A stretch of 64,000 nucleotides of DNA from an uncultured virus (IMG/VR IMGVR_UViG_3300050010_000596) (lineage: Duplodnaviria > Heunggongvirae > Uroviricota > Caudoviricetes), in the IMG/VR virus record IMGVR_UViG_3300050010_000596. One strand, 5' to 3'. Below the pieces are notes generated by a model. The model was given only the letters and a program-made list of their open reading frames with translations. It did not search any database and was not told the DNA's origin. Both the position numbers and the translations under genes were made by a program. Below are positions 10,179 through 19,907 of this stretch, one piece after another (positions within the stretch are counted from its first letter, which is position 1; each line of letters begins with the position of its first letter).

Positions 10179-11613
10179 CCAGCAAATGACCCCGCCGCAG
10201 CAAGTTCCGCGTGGGTTGCTTCTTCTTCGTCGGTTCGGGCTTGGGTTGAGCAGGGACCACCAGTTTGACCTTGGAGGCCTGCCGCACCTTGATCCGCCGC
10301 TTCTCGATTACCCGCTGCTTGCGGTAATCGACGTCGTTGCTGAAGTTCTCGCGGATCTTCACCCCGTACAGTTTACGCAAGGCGTCAAGTACCTCGGGCG
10401 ATTCCGACAACACCAGCCCTGCCTCCTTCAGCGAGAGCGGGGAGCTTTTGGTAATCCCCAGGGCCTTGCAGGTTACCTTGCCGCCCGTAACCGGGGCGAT
10501 GGTGAGGATCTCCTTGAGCCGCGAAGCCTTGGATTCTTCCTGCACAGGCAGGTCCATCAACAGACGGATCGCGGCCGAGGCCCAATCCCACTCGGTCACC
10601 TGTCGCCAAGCCATGTCGCCAATCTGGGCGTCGAAGACCTCTTCCTCCCACCAGGTCACATCGATCTTGATGTAGCGGTCGGTGATTCCCAGCGAGTTCT
10701 TCTTGACCGACAGCCGCAGCCCCGTACCGTCCATCTTCGTGGTACGAATCTTGCGGCCCATCTTGGACAGCTCCAGCTCGAACGTCTCGTGGAAGTTCAT
10801 CGCCTTGCCGCCCGGCTTGTTGCGGATGGTGGCCTGGGTGTGGGCATCCTTTTCAGTCTTCAAATGGTTCACCGCGATCACCCCAAAGGGCCAACCCGTG
10901 AGCTTCTCGGGCAAGGCCTTCAGGTACTGTGTCACCAGCATCGCCTCGACCGACCAAGCCCGACTGGCTGAACCCTTGCTGTCGATATTCCGCTGGGTCT
11001 CCTCGGCGGCCTTGCCCACTGTGGAATCGACGATCCCCAACCAGGGCCAGATACGACCGGAACCAGGCTCGGCTTTGGTGCCGGTCATGGCCCGCTTACA
11101 CTTGTCGATCATAAAGCCCAGCTTCCGCTGCCAGTCTTCCACAGCAGAGCAGGGAATCACGCCGATAGCGTCCGGGTCGTCCCAGCCGATGTGTGACATG
11201 GCCCAGTCCGGGCTGTACTTCGACTCATGCTCGAACACGGTGGCCACGCCCCGCGAGAAGCGGCGGAACCAGCGAGCAACCTCGTAGGTGAAGCCGCTCT
11301 TGCTGGTCCCTTCCAGGCCAACCATCTGCACCACCCGCTCCAAAGGCCAGACAGTGTTCTGAAGAGCGTACTCCAACGCGAACGACGGGAGAGGGACTCC
11401 CAGGACCATGGCCCCGGCCTCGCCCGCCGTGCAGATCGCCTCATCCTTATAGTGGGCCCGTGCGTCGGCCAGCGTGGACCGCAGCACCATGCTAGACGAC
11501 CGGCTGATCTCGTCGCCGCTCCACTGTTCCTTGAACAGTTCAGCCTTGGTCTTCTTCTTCGGCTTCAGCAAAGCCCTCCGGGCTGTTTGCTTCTTGGTAA
11601 TAACCTTGGGCAT
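10105..11613 (-). CDS. recA: RecA/UvsX-like recombinase
   Basis: Walker A GLEGTSKS, FEHE, IVDS Walker B, PGGKAMNFH, KKNS; acidic C-tail. Confidence 0.85.
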   Translation of the reverse strand: MPKVITKKQTARRALLKPKKKTKAELFKEQWSGDEISRSSSMVLRSTLADARAHYKDEAICTAGEAGAMVLGVPLPSFALEYALQNTVWPLERVVQMVGLEGTSKSGFTYEVARWFRRFSRGVATVFEHESKYSPDWAMSHIGWDDPDAIGVIPCSAVEDWQRKLGFMIDKCKRAMTGTKAEPGSGRIWPWLGIVDSTVGKAAEETQRNIDSKGSASRAWSVEAMLVTQYLKALPEKLTGWPFGVIAVNHLKTEKDAHTQATIRNKPGGKAMNFHETFELELSKMGRKIRTTKMDGTGLRLSVKKNSLGITDRYIKIDVTWWEEEVFDAQIGDMAWRQVTEWDWASAAIRLLMDLPVQEESKASRLKEILTIAPVTGGKVTCKALGITKSSPLSLKEAGLVLSESPEVLDALRKLYGVKIRENFSNDVDYRKQRVIEKRRIKVRQASKVKLVVPAQPKPEPTKKKQPTRNLLRRGHLLDDDDIEVLDDDDIEIEEDTDIEVE

Positions 11614-11674
11614 AGAAGTTCCCTTCAGAGAGGTTGCCGATTGTATAAACAACGGCAAAAGGACGTCAAAGACG

Positions 11675-11711
11675 GCGGGGTCCCAGTGGTGTATACCAAC
11701 TGGGACCCCGC
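11675..11711 (-). terminator. 13-bp stem hairpin between SSB-like gene and recA
   Basis: GCGGGGTCCCAGT/ACTGGGACCCCGC. Confidence 0.6.
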
Positions 11712-11719
11712 ACAAAGCA

Positions 11720-11733
11720 CTTAAAGGTTTAAG
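11720..11733. promoter_or_regulatory. palindromic motif, copy 2
   Basis: CTTAAAGGTTTAAG. Confidence 0.7.
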
Positions 11734-11748
11734 GAACCCCGGTGCAAA

Positions 11749-13824
11749 CTACTTGGCCTTCTTCTTCTTGGCGGGCTTCACCGGGGCCTTCTTGGCCGGG
11801 GCCTTCTTCGCACTGCGAGCACTGGTCCGCCGTTCGGCCGCCGCCAACGCCGCTTCCGCTTCCTTCTCGTCGTCCTCGTCGTCCTCGTCGTCCTCGGCCG
11901 CCTTCTTGGCCTTCTTCTTGGCGGGCTTCACCGGGGCCTTCTTGGCCGACTTCTTCTTGGGCGGAGCCTCTTCTTCCTCGTCGTCGTCGGCGTCCTCGTC
12001 GGCGTCGTCGTCGTCGTCGGCGTCTTCGTCCTCGTCGTACTCCTCGTACTCGGCCTCATCGTCGTCCTCGTCGTCCTCGTCGGCCGCCTTCTTGGCCTTC
12101 TTCTTGGCGGGCTTCACCGGGGCCTTCTTGGCCGACTTCTTCTTGGGCGGCGCTTCCTCCTCCTCTTCGTCGTCTTCCTCGTCGTCTTCCTCGTCGTCTT
12201 CGTCGGCGTCGTCGTCTTCGTCGTCTTCCTCGGCATCCTCGTCGTCGTCGGCATCTTCGTCCGCGTCGTCGTCTTCGGTGCCTTCTTCGACGTCGTCGTC
12301 TTCTTCTTCCTCTTCGACTTCGACTTCGTCGTCGTCCTCTTCCTCGACGTCGTCTTCCACGATGGTGAGTTTGGCCACGGGCACCTTGTAGGTCGTACCG
12401 TCCACCGAAACCCGCGCCTTGCCCTTGTCGTCGCCCTTCTTCAGGATCTCGACGATCTCGCCCTCGAACTCCTCACCCTTGGTGGTAAAGGTGACCTGGT
12501 CGCCCTTCTTCATAACATGGTTCTCCATCTCGATGTCTTCGTCCGCTACAAGGCCGGACTGCCTGCCGTGCGACGGCTTACGCTCCCGTCGCGAATCTGC
12601 GTCGTCGTCGTCGCGGGAATCAGGGATTGCTCCCGAAGGCCCGCTCTTGGCCCGCTTGAGCACTTTCTTCACCTCGGGGGTGTAGAATTCTTCGTGCTCC
12701 TGCCAGGCATAATCGATCAGGTCACGGTGGTTGGCGAAGCCTTCCGCCACATACAACGCAACCTCGTCCCGCGTGGGGATGTGAATGACGTCGTCCAGCC
12801 ATTGGATCTTGCGGCTGACGACCTTGATTTCGTCGTCGGTCAGTTGCGGGACCACCCGCGAATAGGTCCGACCGTCCACGATCATTTCCCGCTTCAACAC
12901 AAAGTCGTAGCCGATCTTCGCCGACGCCTCGCCCTTGCGCTGGGCGGGCGGCCGCCAGTTCCCCGGATCGACGTCGGGACCGCCGTTCTTTTCGGGGTTC
13001 CACTGGTAGATGACACGACCGTGGTTGAAGCCCACCGGATCGCCGTACTTGAAGATCCGATTGGGATCGCTGGTTTCGGGGGGATTTTCCTTCTGCAACT
13101 CGAAGCGATCCAGGATCAACTGCCCGACGCTCTTCGCCAACGCGGGAAGCAGTATCACAGGCAGCTCGTCATCGGGTGCGAGCCCACGGGGCTTGACTCC
13201 CTCCCCCACATACTTCTCGGCTCCGTGCGAGTAAAGCAGGCACTGGCCCAACGTGGACCAGCCCGGCAACGGCACGGACTTGTTACGGCCATCGATCAAC
13301 CGATCCCACTCGCGGGGCGCGTCGGAGGCCACTTTCTTGTCGCGGGGCTTGATCCGCTCCCAAATTGCGCTACAGAACACCACGGCGGGATTCTGCCGCC
13401 GAGGGTCGTAGCTAATATCCTCCTTGCTCGGATCGTACAATACGAAGGAGAAGGAGCGGTCGATGCCCAGGAACTTGACGGTGGGTAAACGGCGGACGAA
13501 GTCGGACCGCATCGGCTCCCCATCCTTGTTGAGGATGTGGGCCGGAGTGAACCGCTTCGGGTGGTCATAATCCATCATCGGCAGATAGCGGAAGATGGTC
13601 ACGCCCTGATCGTAGCTGGGGGTGATAAGCCGCAGCGGGGCCCCCGGCTTGAGAATCAGGTTGCCGCCACTACTTCGCATTTGGCCGTGCTCGGGCAGGA
13701 ACGTCTGCTCGCGGGGCTGGTCACGGCGGAGCTTGGGCCGGAGGCTCTCCGGCGCGGCGTCGGCGTGCTCGTGGCCCTTTCGCAACAGATTGCGACTGGG
13801 CTTCTTCTTTGGCGATTTGGCCAT
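11749..13824 (-). CDS. putative ssDNA-binding/recombination protein with long acidic and H1-like Lys/Ala/Pro repeats
   Basis: Adjacent to recA; globular N-terminal half, D/E tracts alternating with KKSAKKAPVKPAKKKAKK; function inferred from context. Confidence 0.55.
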   Translation of the reverse strand: MAKSPKKKPSRNLLRKGHEHADAAPESLRPKLRRDQPREQTFLPEHGQMRSSGGNLILKPGAPLRLITPSYDQGVTIFRYLPMMDYDHPKRFTPAHILNKDGEPMRSDFVRRLPTVKFLGIDRSFSFVLYDPSKEDISYDPRRQNPAVVFCSAIWERIKPRDKKVASDAPREWDRLIDGRNKSVPLPGWSTLGQCLLYSHGAEKYVGEGVKPRGLAPDDELPVILLPALAKSVGQLILDRFELQKENPPETSDPNRIFKYGDPVGFNHGRVIYQWNPEKNGGPDVDPGNWRPPAQRKGEASAKIGYDFVLKREMIVDGRTYSRVVPQLTDDEIKVVSRKIQWLDDVIHIPTRDEVALYVAEGFANHRDLIDYAWQEHEEFYTPEVKKVLKRAKSGPSGAIPDSRDDDDADSRRERKPSHGRQSGLVADEDIEMENHVMKKGDQVTFTTKGEEFEGEIVEILKKGDDKGKARVSVDGTTYKVPVAKLTIVEDDVEEEDDDEVEVEEEEEDDDVEEGTEDDDADEDADDDEDAEEDDEDDDADEDDEEDDEEDDEEEEEAPPKKKSAKKAPVKPAKKKAKKAADEDDEDDDEAEYEEYDEDEDADDDDDADEDADDDEEEEAPPKKKSAKKAPVKPAKKKAKKAAEDDEDDEDDEKEAEAALAAAERRTSARSAKKAPAKKAPVKPAKKKKAK
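11894..12150. repeat. 71-bp perfect intragenic direct repeat (11894-11964, 12080-12150); partial third copy at about 11752-11797
   Basis: Identical TCGGCCGCCTTCTTGG...TTGGGCGG, 186 bp apart. Confidence 0.9.
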
Positions 13825-13948
13825 ACTGGGTCCTTTCGAGAGTCTAACAAAGGTGCGGCGAAGCGCACAGAAATCGGAACACAGAGGAGGGGTCTTTCCA
13901 GCACCCTCCAGACATTTGAAACACGGGGTGGCGGCCATTACGGAACGC

Positions 13949-14500
13949 TTATTCTAGCCCAGGCATGGTCGTCTGAACACCCCTATATGCCGCATGAATC
14001 GCCTGGATGTATTCCTTCGCCTTTTCGTGGCTCCAGGCATGAATCAGACAACCGTCCTTGGTCACCTTTTCCTCGGGAAATAGCTCCTCGGCTGTCTGCG
14101 ACACCAAAGTCTGCGACCAGTCGATGGAGATCACCCGTTTCCGGCGACCGACGGTAAACAGCCCAATGGGCGTGGTCACTTCGGCCCAGGGGATATGCAG
14201 GCAACAGGGCAGGTGACAATACTGGTTGGGAATCCGCCGCAGGAAGATCGGCGTCTCGAACAGGGCCCGGTAGCCTGCCTCCACGGACGCCTGCTGCGTC
14301 GGCAGCGACGGGTCCTTGAGGACCGTGTTCTTTTGCAGCAGCTCCAGAATGGCCTCTGCGTGCGCCGACACGTCGTCCGTTTCGCGATCAAAATGGCGTG
14401 TCATCTTGACGAAGATCTTCACCCCGAACGTGCCATCCGGTCCGGCCCGCCCCCAACTGCAACCCTCGACATAACCCTCCAACGATTGTTCAACAGTCAT
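13949..14500 (-). CDS. hypothetical protein
   Basis: 183 aa; AAGGAG RBS. Confidence 0.75.
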   Translation of the reverse strand: MTVEQSLEGYVEGCSWGRAGPDGTFGVKIFVKMTRHFDRETDDVSAHAEAILELLQKNTVLKDPSLPTQQASVEAGYRALFETPIFLRRIPNQYCHLPCCLHIPWAEVTTPIGLFTVGRRKRVISIDWSQTLVSQTAEELFPEEKVTKDGCLIHAWSHEKAKEYIQAIHAAYRGVQTTMPGLE

Positions 14501-14526
14501 AACGCTCCTTTTGCTAGACCGCTAGA

Positions 14527-14874
14527 TCACTCAAGCGGGGTACGGTGTAGTTGTCGTAAGATCCAGCCACGATTGCCTTCTCGACCAGTTTTGGTATACG
14601 GCTCAAAACCACCGAAGTGAACTGCGTGATTGGCAAATCGCGATACGATCTCTCGGGCGCGTTCTGCACTAACGCCCATTCCTTGCAAGGTACGCTCGAC
14701 CAATACACGTTCAATAATCTCGCGATTACGCCTGCGGTATGCTGGGGCTCCAAGCCAGCAGGACTGCGGCTGCGGCAACCAGGCGCTTTGTATGCCCTCG
14801 GGGTCAAGTGCGATGCGATGTCCGCCTACATCGCCCCGCATATCCGAGGCCCGTCGCTTTGCAGACTGTCGCAT
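14527..14874 (-). CDS. hypothetical protein
   Basis: AAAGGAG RBS. Confidence 0.5.
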   Translation of the reverse strand: MRQSAKRRASDMRGDVGGHRIALDPEGIQSAWLPQPQSCWLGAPAYRRRNREIIERVLVERTLQGMGVSAERAREIVSRFANHAVHFGGFEPYTKTGREGNRGWILRQLHRTPLE

Positions 14875-14892
14875 CGGGTCTCCTTTCCAAAA

Positions 14893-15240
14893 TTAGTCAC
14901 AGACACAAGCCAACCGACAACGGTCGGGCACCTCGTCCTCGGGCACAAACCCCAGGGACCGCATGTGCAGTTCAACGCGCGTACAAATGTCCGGGTCATC
15001 ATTGCCAGGGCGAAACAGCTCATCGGATTGCACACTCACCTCCTCCTGGACTATGTATCGCTGACAATCGTGACACCAGATGACCACCTCCACCGGATCG
15101 GCGAAACCCATCCCGTCGTGAAAGAAAATGTAGGAACCCGGCGCAGGCGGAAACGGCATCGTGATGACGCGGACAAAGTACATGGCTACACCCGTCCGGT
15201 CACTAACATACCAATTACTTTCAAGCTGGACTGTTACCAC
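14893..15240 (-). CDS. hypothetical protein
   Basis: GTG start with RBS after palindrome. Confidence 0.6.
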   Translation of the reverse strand: MVTVQLESNWYVSDRTGVAMYFVRVITMPFPPAPGSYIFFHDGMGFADPVEVVIWCHDCQRYIVQEEVSVQSDELFRPGNDDPDICTRVELHMRSLGFVPEDEVPDRCRLACVCD

Positions 15241-15252
15241 GCCTCTCTCCTG

Positions 15253-15266
15253 CTTAAATGTTTAAG
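15253..15266. promoter_or_regulatory. palindromic motif, copy 3
   Basis: CTTAAATGTTTAAG. Confidence 0.7.
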
Positions 15267-15269
15267 GAA

Positions 15270-18200
15270 CTAAACTGCCAGGTCTTGTAACTTGCCACCA
15301 CGCCAGATCTTCTTGTCGAAGTCGTTGTGCACCCAACCATCCTCCTTGCGTCTCCACCCGGCGCGCTTGGGGCTGATACCCCGTTCACGACACTCGTCGG
15401 GCGTCATCACCTGGTTCCAGTGTGTGAACACCGTGGTGTCCACGCCCAAGTAATAGGGTCCATTACCGTTGGCCATCCCGTCCGTTGCGCAAGGGTACAG
15501 CGGTACGCGCTTGCTCATGCAGGCAGGGATCACTTCGTCGCAGTAGCGGGCCACACATTCGTTGGGCACCAGCGACATCAGCGAGTCATGCACCTGAAGG
15601 GCCATGAAGTAGCGAATGTCTGTGTGCTCCTCCCGATAATGGTAGAGGTGGTCCACGGCACGGTTCACCAGGTAGGCAACGGCGTTCTGGATGTAGAAGT
15701 TGCCTGCCTCCCGCTCCATGTCACCCAACAGCTTGCGGTCTTCCGAAACAGGAAAGCGACGGTAGTCGCCGCCGATACCGCACAACCATCGCGGACCAGG
15801 ACTGAACTTGCGATCTACCCAGGTGCCGATGCGGGCTTTGCAGCTGTCGAAGAACGGCTGCAACCCTGGATACAACTCGAACACCGCGTCGATGATCTGC
15901 TGGGCTTCGTCGGCCGTGATGTGAGTGCCTTCTTCGCGGGCCGCCAGGGCAATAGCTTTGGCTCCCCGACCGTAGGCGATTCCGAACACGACCGTCTTGG
16001 CCACATCCCGCAGGTGCTTCTTGCCGATGCTCGACAGGCCCTGCTTAGTCGGTGCGCATTGCAACCCGAACGCCAAGCAGGCAATCGTGCTATGGATGTC
16101 ATAGTAGTTCGGATCGCCCTCGTCCAGCTGGTTTCGCATGACGTGGTCGAACATGACCATGTCGCCGGACATCACCGCCATCACGAACAGCTCGGCACCC
16201 TTATAGTCCGACTCCACCAGGCAATAGCCGGGCGGAGCCATGATGATCGTTCGCAGCGGCCAACGATACTCGGGGCCCAGGATACGCCTGTAGTCCTTCT
16301 CGCGCCGCTTGGTGAAGTTCTGCATCGACGGTCGGATCGAGGCCCAGCGGCCAGTCTCCTTGGTAGGAATCAGGTAGGTCCGCACGCGGCCGTCGTCGCA
16401 GATCGACTTAGGCAAGCCCTTGTCGTAAATCAGGTTGCCGTCTTCGTCCTCGTCGTAGGCATCCCCAGTGGCATTCCACTGCGGCGGCCGAAGGGTGTAC
16501 TTGAGCACCTGACCCACAAAGCGGTGGTCGCGAATCCACCGCACCTGATCGCTGGCGTCCTGCACGAACGTCGTACCATCACGGCGCTTGCGCTGGACAG
16601 CCATCGCCTCCTCCATGAGAATCGCCAGGGCCAGCTTGCCGGTACTGGCGGTCTTCTCTTTCTCCAGCCCCTGGTCGAGCACGTCGTCCCACTTCATCTG
16701 CCGTTTGTCGGTGGTGAGCACCGGCTTGAGGAACAACGACTTGGCACCTTCAGGTCGGATACGGATCGGCGGATCATCGGGATTGGCCTTCTTCTTGCCA
16801 TTGTACTTCTCCCCGAAGAGGAACTCCCGCACCTGCTGTACACTGGCCAGGTTCAACTTGTCCCAGCGGGCCCAAGTACGGATTTCTTCGACCATGCGGC
16901 TCTGGGCGCGCACGTAGGTCTCGGTGAGCAGGTCCATCCGCTCCTTGTCTACTGGCAGCCCAGTGGTGTTCATCTCCAGGATCGCGGGCACGGCCCGCAT
17001 CTTGTTCCAGAAGCTCTCCCAGCAGTTGTTGCCGAAGGAGTCCACGCACAGCAGCCGTACCAGCCGCTTGGCGATTCGCCGTGAAACGTCGGCGTCGTAG
17101 CAACCGTAACTCGCCTTCACCGGCCGTCCGGCCTTCCGTCCCCAATCCTTGGGCAGTTTCTGCTCGACACCCACGATCACCTCGTTGGACACGAAGCCGT
17201 ACCCATCAAGGTCCTTGGCCTTGAGCTTGTTCTCCTTGACGTACTCCGCCTTCTCCTCATCCAGCTTGATGTCGTAACGCGGGGCAGCGGTAAACCGCAG
17301 CGTCATGGCGTTCAGATCAAGGCTGGCGGTCTCTTCCACACTGTGCATGGCGTAGGCCAGGTCGAAGCCCATCGGCCCCTGGTGGGCCATGAACTGCTTC
17401 ATGTACAGCTGCCAGGTCTTAGGCACCGTACGGAAGGCGTTCACGATGGTGGTGTAGCCGTAGTGCTCCAGCCACTCGCAGTCGGACACGAAGAACGAGC
17501 CAGTGATCTGCCGCCCTCGGCAAATCTTGTTTACCCAGAACCGCACGGTCTTGGCCTTGGCTCCCTGAAAGGCCCACTTACCGTCCTGGCCCCGCAGCAC
17601 GATGCAGGCCGCCGCCTTGTGCTTCCAGCTCAGCTGGACTGTACGCAGGTAGCTGCCCTTGTTCTGTGGATGGTCCCCCTGCCATTCGGCGTCCACGCCG
17701 ATCAGGTTGTCCTGGCAGTCGCGATGGATCTCGAAGTACAACTTCTTGAGGTCCGCCAGGGTGTCAATCACGCGGTGGTCGAGCCCTTCCTCTTCCTTGT
17801 CCCACTTGCCGCCCCGCACCAGCTCGCCAAAGCGAGCCAGGCCGCCCTCGAAGCGTTCCTTCTCCCGAGGCTCGGCCAGCACGGCGGCCGGGTGCACAAT
17901 CACCATCACACGGGCCGTGTGGGTCTCCTGGGCCTCGTCACGGGTGTGGCCCACCGAGTAAGTGTGGTCCACCACTCGGCCCTGCATCTTGCTCACGCTA
18001 GCGTCCTTGCCCAGCAGGGCCTTGGCGGCGTCCGCGCCCAGACAAAGGATAAACTGGGGCCGGACCAGCCGCAGCTCCTGGTCGAGGATTGGCCGCCACT
18101 CGCTGACCATAGAGGCCTTCATATCCCGGCCGCCACTGGCGGCATCGGGATGCTCGGTCTTCATCAGGTTGGTCACGTACCAACTACCGCACTTGATGTC

Positions 18201-18755
18201 GAATTTGCGGCAGGTTTCCAGCAGCAGCTGCCCGGTCGGACCGACCAGGTTGCGCCCCTGATTGCGTTCCTCCTCCCCGAGCATCTTGCCGATCACCATC
18301 ACCTTGGCGGGCTCCGGGCCGCCCACATCGTAGCCCCACAGGTGTCCGGCGACGACGCGCAACGGGACCTTCTCGCCGGACTTGGTAGTAGCCGGAATGC
18401 GAATGTCGGGGCGGTACAGGATCTGCTGCACCAGGTTCTTCAGCCCCTTCCCGGCCACGGCCAGTTCGGCGTTCTTGCCCTTCCCCTGGATCTCGCTGTT
18501 GTCGCCCAGGTTGCGGGCCAGCTCTAACAGGCCTGGGCCAGGAAGAGCCATACCCGGCGCGTTGAGGGGCCAGATCTCCCGGTCCTTGATCTCGCGGCAA
18601 AACGTCAGTTTCTCGGTAACGATCTCCCGCTGCCGTTGTCGTTGGTACGGCGACGGCTGCGACTCTTCGACTACGAAGTCGTCGGCCGCTTCATTCAATC
18701 GGTTCGTGTCGGTAGAACCGCGCTGAGGTCGTCTCAGCAGTGCTCTCTTCGTCAT
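15270..18755 (-). CDS. polA: family A DNA polymerase with N-terminal family-4 UDG-like domain and 3'-5' exonuclease
   Basis: UDG-like VMVIGKMLG..E..QGRNLVGPTG, YVTN, ILCLG, HPAAVL; Exo DAE, YGCYDAD; Pol motifs DYKGAE, RDVAKTVVFGIAYG, QVHDS. Confidence 0.92.
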   Translation of the reverse strand: MTKRALLRRPQRGSTDTNRLNEAADDFVVEESQPSPYQRQRQREIVTEKLTFCREIKDREIWPLNAPGMALPGPGLLELARNLGDNSEIQGKGKNAELAVAGKGLKNLVQQILYRPDIRIPATTKSGEKVPLRVVAGHLWGYDVGGPEPAKVMVIGKMLGEEERNQGRNLVGPTGQLLLETCRKFDIKCGSWYVTNLMKTEHPDAASGGRDMKASMVSEWRPILDQELRLVRPQFILCLGADAAKALLGKDASVSKMQGRVVDHTYSVGHTRDEAQETHTARVMVIVHPAAVLAEPREKERFEGGLARFGELVRGGKWDKEEEGLDHRVIDTLADLKKLYFEIHRDCQDNLIGVDAEWQGDHPQNKGSYLRTVQLSWKHKAAACIVLRGQDGKWAFQGAKAKTVRFWVNKICRGRQITGSFFVSDCEWLEHYGYTTIVNAFRTVPKTWQLYMKQFMAHQGPMGFDLAYAMHSVEETASLDLNAMTLRFTAAPRYDIKLDEEKAEYVKENKLKAKDLDGYGFVSNEVIVGVEQKLPKDWGRKAGRPVKASYGCYDADVSRRIAKRLVRLLCVDSFGNNCWESFWNKMRAVPAILEMNTTGLPVDKERMDLLTETYVRAQSRMVEEIRTWARWDKLNLASVQQVREFLFGEKYNGKKKANPDDPPIRIRPEGAKSLFLKPVLTTDKRQMKWDDVLDQGLEKEKTASTGKLALAILMEEAMAVQRKRRDGTTFVQDASDQVRWIRDHRFVGQVLKYTLRPPQWNATGDAYDEDEDGNLIYDKGLPKSICDDGRVRTYLIPTKETGRWASIRPSMQNFTKRREKDYRRILGPEYRWPLRTIIMAPPGYCLVESDYKGAELFVMAVMSGDMVMFDHVMRNQLDEGDPNYYDIHSTIACLAFGLQCAPTKQGLSSIGKKHLRDVAKTVVFGIAYGRGAKAIALAAREEGTHITADEAQQIIDAVFELYPGLQPFFDSCKARIGTWVDRKFSPGPRWLCGIGGDYRRFPVSEDRKLLGDMEREAGNFYIQNAVAYLVNRAVDHLYHYREEHTDIRYFMALQVHDSLMSLVPNECVARYCDEVIPACMSKRVPLYPCATDGMANGNGPYYLGVDTTVFTHWNQVMTPDECRERGISPKRAGWRRKEDGWVHNDFDKKIWRGGKLQDLAV

Positions 18756-19896
18756 CGTCAATCCTCGGCGGTTTGGCAAAGCTCACCTTGAAGCCCGCCT
18801 GCGCAGCCTCGTCGCGAATCAGATCGCGGGCGAGGAAAAGGTCGTAGCTGCCTGGGTCGTATTCATCAGGCAGGAACACCGGCAGGACGCGCGGGTGATA
18901 CTTTTGCAGATCGGTAGTTAGCCGGGTGAGATGGTGAGGCTTGCCCTTCCGCAACGACAGCTCGTCTTGTACCGGATCGAGCATCACCACAATCACTCCG
19001 TCATCGCCCCAGCGGCGTTTCATCAAGCTGCATAGGGATTTCTGAAAGCTCTCGTGCATCACCTTGCCCAAGATCCCCATGGCCTGCACGCCGAAGTTGG
19101 ACACATCGGTCGGACCTTCGACGATCACCAGGGTGGGGTGCCGAGTAGCCCGGTCATAGTTGAACGCGATCACGCGCTTGGCCTGGCCGGGACACGAAAA
19201 GAACTTGGGCACTTTGGCCTTGTTGAACGGCTGCCCCATCACGGAGTCGCCGATGTATCGCGCCTGCCACCCCACCAGCAACCCTTGCATGTAGACCGGG
19301 AAGATGATGCGATTGCGGGCGAAGCGGTAATCACTCTCGTTGCAGTAGGAAACCCCGTAATAGCGCGCGAGCTTGAGGGGGTCCAGGTAACGCGAGCGCA
19401 GGTAACTCAAAGCCTCGTGTTGCGGATGACGCTCCGCAAGTTTGTCGAGCCGGACCATTGGGCCGGGAGCGGCCATCACCGTGGGCCGCAGGGCCCGTAC
19501 GGTGCCGGTAGCGACCTTAATCCGCGAGAGAGTTCGCGGTCCGGCCGCAGGGTAGACCATGTCGAATAGGCGAGTCTGGTTGGTAGGCTCGTCTTGGCAC
19601 TCTTCGTTATAGCAGTGCATGAGCCATAGGTTTTTGCTCGTCAGCTCCGGGTTGGGGTCCGGCACCGCCCAGCGGTGATTGATCGACAAGCGGTGGCGGG
19701 TATCACGGCAGAACGGGCAGTTGACTTCGTACTCCTCGCCCTGCACGTCCACCTTCCTCGTCGGATATGTGTCGTCCCCGTCACGAGTCGGTCGTCGCGT
19801 GATGTGCCAGGTAATTGCTACGCCCTGGGCCACCACATGCACGTCGCCGAAGATCCGCTCCAGGGCCTTATACAACGTCGGATTAAGAACATCCAT
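18691..19896 (-). CDS. dnaG: DNA primase (Zn finger + TOPRIM)
   Basis: CPFC...HCYNEEC, RIIFPV, GWQAR, IVEGPTD. Confidence 0.85.
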   Translation of the reverse strand: MDVLNPTLYKALERIFGDVHVVAQGVAITWHITRRPTRDGDDTYPTRKVDVQGEEYEVNCPFCRDTRHRLSINHRWAVPDPNPELTSKNLWLMHCYNEECQDEPTNQTRLFDMVYPAAGPRTLSRIKVATGTVRALRPTVMAAPGPMVRLDKLAERHPQHEALSYLRSRYLDPLKLARYYGVSYCNESDYRFARNRIIFPVYMQGLLVGWQARYIGDSVMGQPFNKAKVPKFFSCPGQAKRVIAFNYDRATRHPTLVIVEGPTDVSNFGVQAMGILGKVMHESFQKSLCSLMKRRWGDDGVIVVMLDPVQDELSLRKGKPHHLTRLTTDLQKYHPRVLPVFLPDEYDPGSYDLFLARDLIRDEAAQAGFKVSFAKPPRIDDDEESTAETTSARFYRHEPIE

Positions 19897-19907
19897 TGAA
19901 AAGGGTT

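Noticed and set aside
11474..17084. Long plus-strand ORFs (e.g. 11474..12391, 12517..13488, 15327..17084)
   Set aside because: Antisense shadows of GC3-rich minus-strand genes; low-complexity or nonsense products
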